Shown here: one piece after another, positions 57,797 to 64,000 of the stretch
Layout: every line of letters begins with the position of its first letter
How positions within the stretch are numbered: position 1 is the first letter of the stretch
Assembly (NCBI GenBank): GCA_012295275.1
Contig: CM022665.1
Location: forward strand, 43,214,001-43,278,000
Reading direction: 5' to 3'
DNA length: 64,000 nt
Source: Chrysomallon squamiferum
Lineage: Eukaryota > Animalia > Mollusca
Position numbers and translations under genes: made by a program
The notes under the pieces: model-generated
What the model was told of the DNA's origin: nothing
What the model saw: only the letters and a program-made list of their open reading frames with translations
Databases searched by the model: none

Positions 57797-57995
57797 GTTT
57801 GTTTTTATTTCACAACACCACTGGAGCTTGCTGATAAATTCTGTCATAAAAATTTGTTAATGGTGATAACAGGGGTTTTTTTTTTTTTTTTTTTTTTTTA
57901 AAACAAGAAATTCATCTTCGATTAAATTTACTCTGCAGTTTTATTTCACAACACTAATGGAGCACATTGATAATTTCTATCATAAAAATTTGGTA
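57797..57995. repeat. Two decayed copies of a ~65-bp element, probably SINE tail remnants
   Basis: ttttatttcacaacacnantggagc...tgataantt..tcataaaaatttg occurs twice. Confidence 0.6.
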
Positions 57996-58819
57996 ACTGA
58001 TCATTTTATTATTCTTTTTTTTGGGGGGTAGTTTTTTCTTTTTTTCCCTCAGAAGCAATAAAAAACAACTTTGTCTTTTTTTTACATTTATTTTAGCACA
58101 TCTCATTTGATATATGTGTAGTATTACACATTAGTAATTTATTGTAAAGCTAATTTATTCTCAATAAAATAACATTTTATATGAAATAAACCGATTCCTT
58201 TTATAACACATAATTAACACTTTATTTTACAGCTTCATTTTTCTGTTTTTTGGAAAACTAATGTATTAAGTAACTTGTACTTAAAATTGTCAGTTTTTTT
58301 TTTTTTTTTTTAAAATAAACTACATAGTTGCCTTCATTCAAACTGAGTCCAATAAATATCCATGAATAACAAAGTTAAGGTAAATTAATATAGCAAAGTG
58401 GTCAATTACTTGATAAAGATTTTGTCGGTAAATTCTGAGTCATGCGAATGCGAAAAGATGTAAGAATGGCCATTATACTGCATCAAACAATATTACCTTT
58501 CTCAGGTAAACAACAATCAGCTGACCATGGGTGGAATAAAAGTGGGAACAACAAAGTGGGGTGGGATTGTGGGTCAGAAAGGGCAGTCTTTGATGATGAA
58601 AAGAATCAGCTTTCCTGCTCGTGACTTCACTTGTTATTTTTCTCATTACTTTTATCACAGCTTGGTGTTGCTAAGTCAATCAACATCAGAAACACGCTCG
58701 TAATTAACTGAAGGTTCAAACACATTTGTTATGGGCACATTATAAACGTGGGTTGTTTGTAGAAGAGTAGCTGGTATGATGATTTATGAGAAGGTGAACA
58801 GTTAGTTATCTTACACAAA

Positions 58820-58895
58820 CCCCAAATTAAGCCACTATTAGGATTTGATCCTAGTAACTGCAAGTTTAAAGCAGAAGGTTTAACTGACAAATCAT
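58820..58895 (-). mobile_element. Decayed tRNA-derived SINE head
   Basis: Minus strand has an A-box-like TCAGTTAA and a B-box-like GGATCAAATCC at tRNA spacing. Confidence 0.3.
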
Positions 58896-60334
58896 TAAGA
58901 TAGTTGGTACCAGTACATAGCACAGGTAGTTTTCCCTGACCTATTTTCCCATTAATTTTATCACAAATCGGAGATGAATCATTAAACAACTGAGACACAG
59001 TCTAATGAGAAATAGATCGACTCAGCTGATTACAGGAAGTTAATTAAATGTGTGAAGAAAAATTAGTAAGAAAATCAAGTTAGTTGTTGCTAGTTTTTAA
59101 AGGTGTTTACATAAACAAATAAATGGACAACAAAAAGCTTTGTAATTGTAACTGTGAATGAACAGAACTGCTAATAATGAAAGCAATATTAATTTTGAAA
59201 ACAACAAAAATCATAAAAAGTAATAAAATATACAAAGACATTCATGCAGATGTGGGGATGACATGCAGTGTTTTATCTCATTCAAATTTTTATTTAGCTA
59301 ATAATACAAAGCTTATTCTGACTGCCAACCCACAAATCAATACTCTTGTTTCAATACCACTGCTATTATTTAAGTTCACTATGTAAACATCATGTCACAT
59401 CGTATGAAAAAAAAAAAAAAAACACATTAATAACTGAATATAACAATATGCTTCAGTTATCTCAGCACAAATGTATCATCAAGCCATCACTTGAAACACA
59501 GAAAGTTAACATACACAACTGAATCAAGCCGAGTTTTTAATCTATATTCACACACCTGTCGTCCAGCTTACTCACCTGATGTTGGAAAACTCAGTGGAGA
59601 GAAAAACAAATCAATATAAATATAGACATCAGTCACACCACATCATCTACAGCAAACTCAGAGGTATAGAGATCCTATAACACAGTAGATGTAAAAATCG
59701 TGAAATTTCCACTCCATGTGGTTTTTTTTTTTAAACAATTCTCAGTAATGATGCTACTATCATTTACTGTAAAGTACTGGACTTATCAATAACATGAGAA
59801 TTGACTCCAAACAAAATCCTCAAGTTATGCAGAAATAAAAAACTCGTAAAAATTTCCCAGGTATTTTCATCAAGTCATTTAACAAACACAGATGCTTTCA
59901 TTTACTGTTGAGTACATTACAACATGGTTTGATGATTATTACTGTGTGTTATATACTGTTGATGAAGGTTCTGGTCACACAATACAAACTGATAAAAAAT
60001 AAAATAAATAACATCTGTGAAATTTCCCTGTTTTCTCAACAAATCAGAAACTCTCACCTAATGTCCAGTGACACAACTAAATCTATGACATGCTGGGAGT
60101 TACAATAAACTGTGGAATGTTACCAGGCCGTCCCACCTTGGAGTAAGGTCCAGTGATTTCGCACGCTATTTACATACAGATCATACGGATCGCTTTCCAC
60201 CTGTTTTGTAATCACATCATGCCTTATTAAATGCAAAGTCAAAGTCATGTGGTAAGTTTTGTGTCCTCCAGGCTGATTAATGAATTTTGTTAGCTAAATG
60301 AATCTGTTTGCAACTAGGAAGAGATTAAGAGCTG

Positions 60335-60475
60335 AAAAAACCTCAGTGGTTAGAACATTCAACTGAGGATTGACCAATAATGAGATCCATTTTCCTTAAT
60401 AGTCTCAAAAGACTATTTTCCCATTCATGCCATTTCTCTAAGTCTGGTTTCCTGAAAGCTATAAATGTATGTGAC
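60335..60475 (+). mobile_element. Decayed tRNA-derived SINE
   Basis: cctcagtggttagaacattc (A-box-like), agatccatt (B-box-like remnant), then a ctattttcccattcatgcca body. Confidence 0.4.
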
Positions 60476-61474
60476 AAAATGAAATTAAAAATAAAATTCC
60501 TGCTAATTGTCAACAATAGCTTGTATTTACATGAAAGTCATGTTTGTCATCCATTAACTTAATATGACAGTATTTTGATGTGGGGCAAAATAAATAAGTA
60601 GGATCTGAAATAAAACAGACTAACATTTGTTGTTTTTCTGGAGATTTCTTTTCTCTTCTCATGTTTTGACCAAGTGGTAATTAAAATTAAATAACTTGTA
60701 AAACTGAAATAACAAATACTGGAGAATATTTTAATTTATAAAATTGTTGTAGGTGACAGTTGCTAAAATTTAATACTGTTAAAAAAATAATAATAAAAAA
60801 ATAAAATAAATAAATAAATAATGATAGCAACTTTACACAGTAAGTTTTAGAATTATGTAGCTATCTCTGAAACTTGCGTAACAATTCATTATGAATACTT
60901 AATGAAATATTTACTGCACACACCCACAAATAAATTAAATATCAAATTTAATCAATTCTATCAGAAGCCATTTCCCCCACCTTGTGAGTGTATTCAATAT
61001 TAATAATATATGATAATTTATGTAAAATGTTATTGCATTCTGAATAATTATAAATTGTTTTTGCATTTAGAATAATTGTAAGTTGTTTTACATACATGAT
61101 GTCATGTGTAACATACCAGAACTTCAACTGTCAGATAAACAAAATGCTGGAACAGCAACAGTGAAAATACAACTTAGGATGAAATATGTGAAATATCAAA
61201 TTTATACTGCTAATAAATGAATTCATCTTTTTAGTTTTGTAAAGTTTTGTAACAAAATGCACTCATGCATGTACACATACAAATGCAACTCTTCATCTCT
61301 ATTCTTTTTTGCCAAAGATAAAAAAAAAAAAAAAAAAATTGAAGAATTCTTCTGTATGAAAAATGCTTTGGAAATCAAGTGCATAATTTAAATAAATTTA
61401 TCATTAACAGAATAAAAATTAACACATTAATAATAACAAAAAACCCCAAAAGAAATACAAATTTAAAAATATAT

Positions 61475-61512
<38 letters not shown>

Positions 61513-62873
61513 TACAAAACTGAAAATAAAATATAATTTTAATTACTTTGTCTTAAAACCTAAATTTCAATATAATATATATATATATATTTATAAAAAA
61601 TATTTTGTAAATACAATATTCATATTTTAATAAATATAATGAATTTACACACCACAATAAAATATTAAAATATATCATACAGCAAAGAGTTTTCATACTT
61701 TGTTCTATTTTTAAAAAGTCAGGTCTCGTGTGCTTGTGTGCTTTGGCACGTATGCATGTCCAAATGAAATCAAAGTGCACATAAATCCATATTACTGGGG
61801 CAAATGAAACATGAACGAGAGCAAAAACCTGCGTGAACAGGAATGTGTCATACGTAAAGACAGGTGATGAATAATAATGATATTGATCATTAACAAAATG
61901 TGCAGAATTATCACACCGAACACAAGTAAAATGCAAAATGCAATGGCGCACAGTAAATGAGGTGAAAATATCCGTTTCAATAACCGATTGAAAATCCAAG
62001 AGAATTAATATTTAGAAAATTATGCAGGAAAAGCTGAGAGCAGATTAGCATGAGATGGTAATAAAAGTTGTAAGAGTAGGAAGTATTTCACACAGGTGAG
62101 TGTGACACAGATAACAAAGAACTTGAATATGAAAGGACATTTTTTTTTTTTTTTTAACTGTGTTTTCATTTGTTAGCAGTCATTTGAAAATGATTATATA
62201 TTTTTTTTCAATAAATGAATCAATCAATCAAATGCAGAAGTAAAAATCACCCCACCCAACAAGAAAGAAAGAATAATAATTTTTTTAAAATGAAATAAAA
62301 TAAAAATAAAAATAAAAATAGCAATGAAACAATAATAAAAAAAAAGAAACAAAAAAGAAACAAACCTTTCTCTCTCTCCATACATGCACATATATCTCTA
62401 TTTACCATTTATATTTTTTTACTTTTTTAAATATAAATTTAAAACATGTTTTATATTTTAAATTCATAATAAACTGTATACATCAGAAACAAAAAAAAAA
62501 TATATATTTCACATTAATAAAATAATAAAAATCTTTATACATTAATATCTGAAGATTAAAAAAAAAAAAGGATCAAAAAATAAAAATGAAAAACCCCACA
62601 GAAAACAAACAAACAACAACAATGGAAAGAAAAAGAAAAGAAACAAAGAAAAAAAGGACAAATGAAACAACACTAACAAAACAAAGCAGTATTTACACAC
62701 GTCTCTAGAAATGACATTAAAATGCTCTCGCTGGATGACGGAATGTTGACTGACTGACAAATCACAGGTCTGTGCGAGGCGTGTCCCCATGTTAGTTCCG
62801 AACACACGCGCCGCTGACGTTGAAAATAAAACATCTCGAGGTTGGCAAACTCACAAAACCAACACGTGAACGG

Positions 62874-63397
62874 GACTCGATGTAGTCAAAGTCTTCAGTT
62901 TCTGATAACTTGGTAATCCTCGTAAGCCAAGATTAAACTAACAGCATCTCACCTGATGTCACCTTTACAACACCTATTTGTCATTATATAATAAAAACTT
63001 TTTTGTTTTTTAATTCTTTAAAAACAGATTTAACTATCACCTGAGACATGTTAAAATATCTGGGACTGGATGTAATCAAACTCTTCAGTTTCTGATAAAT
63101 TGGTAATCCTTGTAAGCCAAGATTAAACTAACAGCATCTCACCTGATGTCACCTTTACAACACCTATTTGTCATTATATAATAGAAACATTTTTTGTTTC
63201 TTGATTCTTTAAAAATGAATTTAACTATCACCTGTGACTGGATGAAGTCAAACTCTTCAGTTTCTGATAACTTGGTAATCCTTGTAAGCTAAGATTAATC
63301 TAACATGATGCCCCCTTAAAACACCTATCTGTCATTATATAATAAACATTTTTTGTTTTTAATTCTTTAAAAATAGATTTAACTATCATCTGCGACA
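62874..63397. repeat. ~175-190-bp tandem repeat, 3 copies
   Basis: tcttcagtttctgataa.ttggtaatcct.gtaagc.aagattaa...acacctat.tgtcattatataata...tttaactatca recurs three times. Confidence 0.93.
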
Positions 63398-64000
63398 TAT
63401 TGCTTGTACCTGTTTTCACTAACCAAATATACATGTGTTATTTACTCTCCAAAACATAAATACAAAAAGTTGTGCATGACAGTTGTAACTTTTCTTGGAT
63501 TAGTGACCACAAAGTTATTTTTATTTTTAAGAACTGACAGAAGCCACTTTTCTCAAGCCTATTTTCAGTTACAAGAAATTCTCACATATATCATTCATAT
63601 TTGAAGTAACCACAACACGCTTAATATTTTAAATATTACATTCCTATGTGTTAATGCAGGTATTTGTATTAAGTTCAGGAACACATTCTGGCCTAAGATT
63701 TAAGTAAAATAAAATATTGAAGGAGAAAATAAAATAATTAAATATGTGCAGGATATTGATGCCTGTGTGAAAGTCAAGAATATCCACCCTATTGCAAAAC
63801 ACTGAAAACAATCCATATTCCTAGCAGTGCAGATCTTCGATTTCAGAAAATGAAATGTCAATTAATGATAAATTACATCATGAAAGTTATGTATTTACTA
63901 TAAATTCAATATAATTTTTGTGATAAAATAAGGATAACCTATGCCTTTGGTGTTTGAAGAAAGATTAAAATCTTATTTTTCTTCTTCTTTTTTTTTTTTT

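Noticed and set aside
61553-61999. 148-aa minus-strand ORF as an upstream klar exon
   Set aside because: Non-ATG start, no recognisable motif, and the one donor-like site noticed (61699) is phase 1 rather than the required phase 0.

Overview
Very AT-rich, microsatellite-laden animal genomic DNA. It is inferred to be a lophotrochozoan, plausibly a gastropod, from the gene content and SINE-like remnants. Two intron-rich genes lie in tandem on the minus strand. (1) DZANK1, a double zinc ribbon and ankyrin repeat protein: non-coding exon 1 ends at 13878, the ATG is at 12736, and 12 coding exons were reconstructed down to position 15, with the gene continuing past the window start. (2) A klarsicht-like spectrin-repeat/KASH protein: exons were reconstructed from 42038 to the stop at 23034 (ends NGPPPF), with a predicted ~6.5 kb 3'UTR; its 5' exons are uncertain or lie beyond the window. 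An apparently intact but variant U1 snRNA gene (7962-8126, minus) sits inside DZANK1 intron 2. The most unusual pattern is that tandem repeats and local duplications repeatedly span splice junctions. A ~22x 70-bp array copies a DZANK1 acceptor plus exon start, a ~9x 82-bp array copies a klar donor, and three smaller duplications do the same. In both arrays the decoy copies lead to a stop codon. Both genes also show frame lesions that may be long-read consensus errors. All exon models were built by hand from splice consensus and phase continuity; no searches were run.
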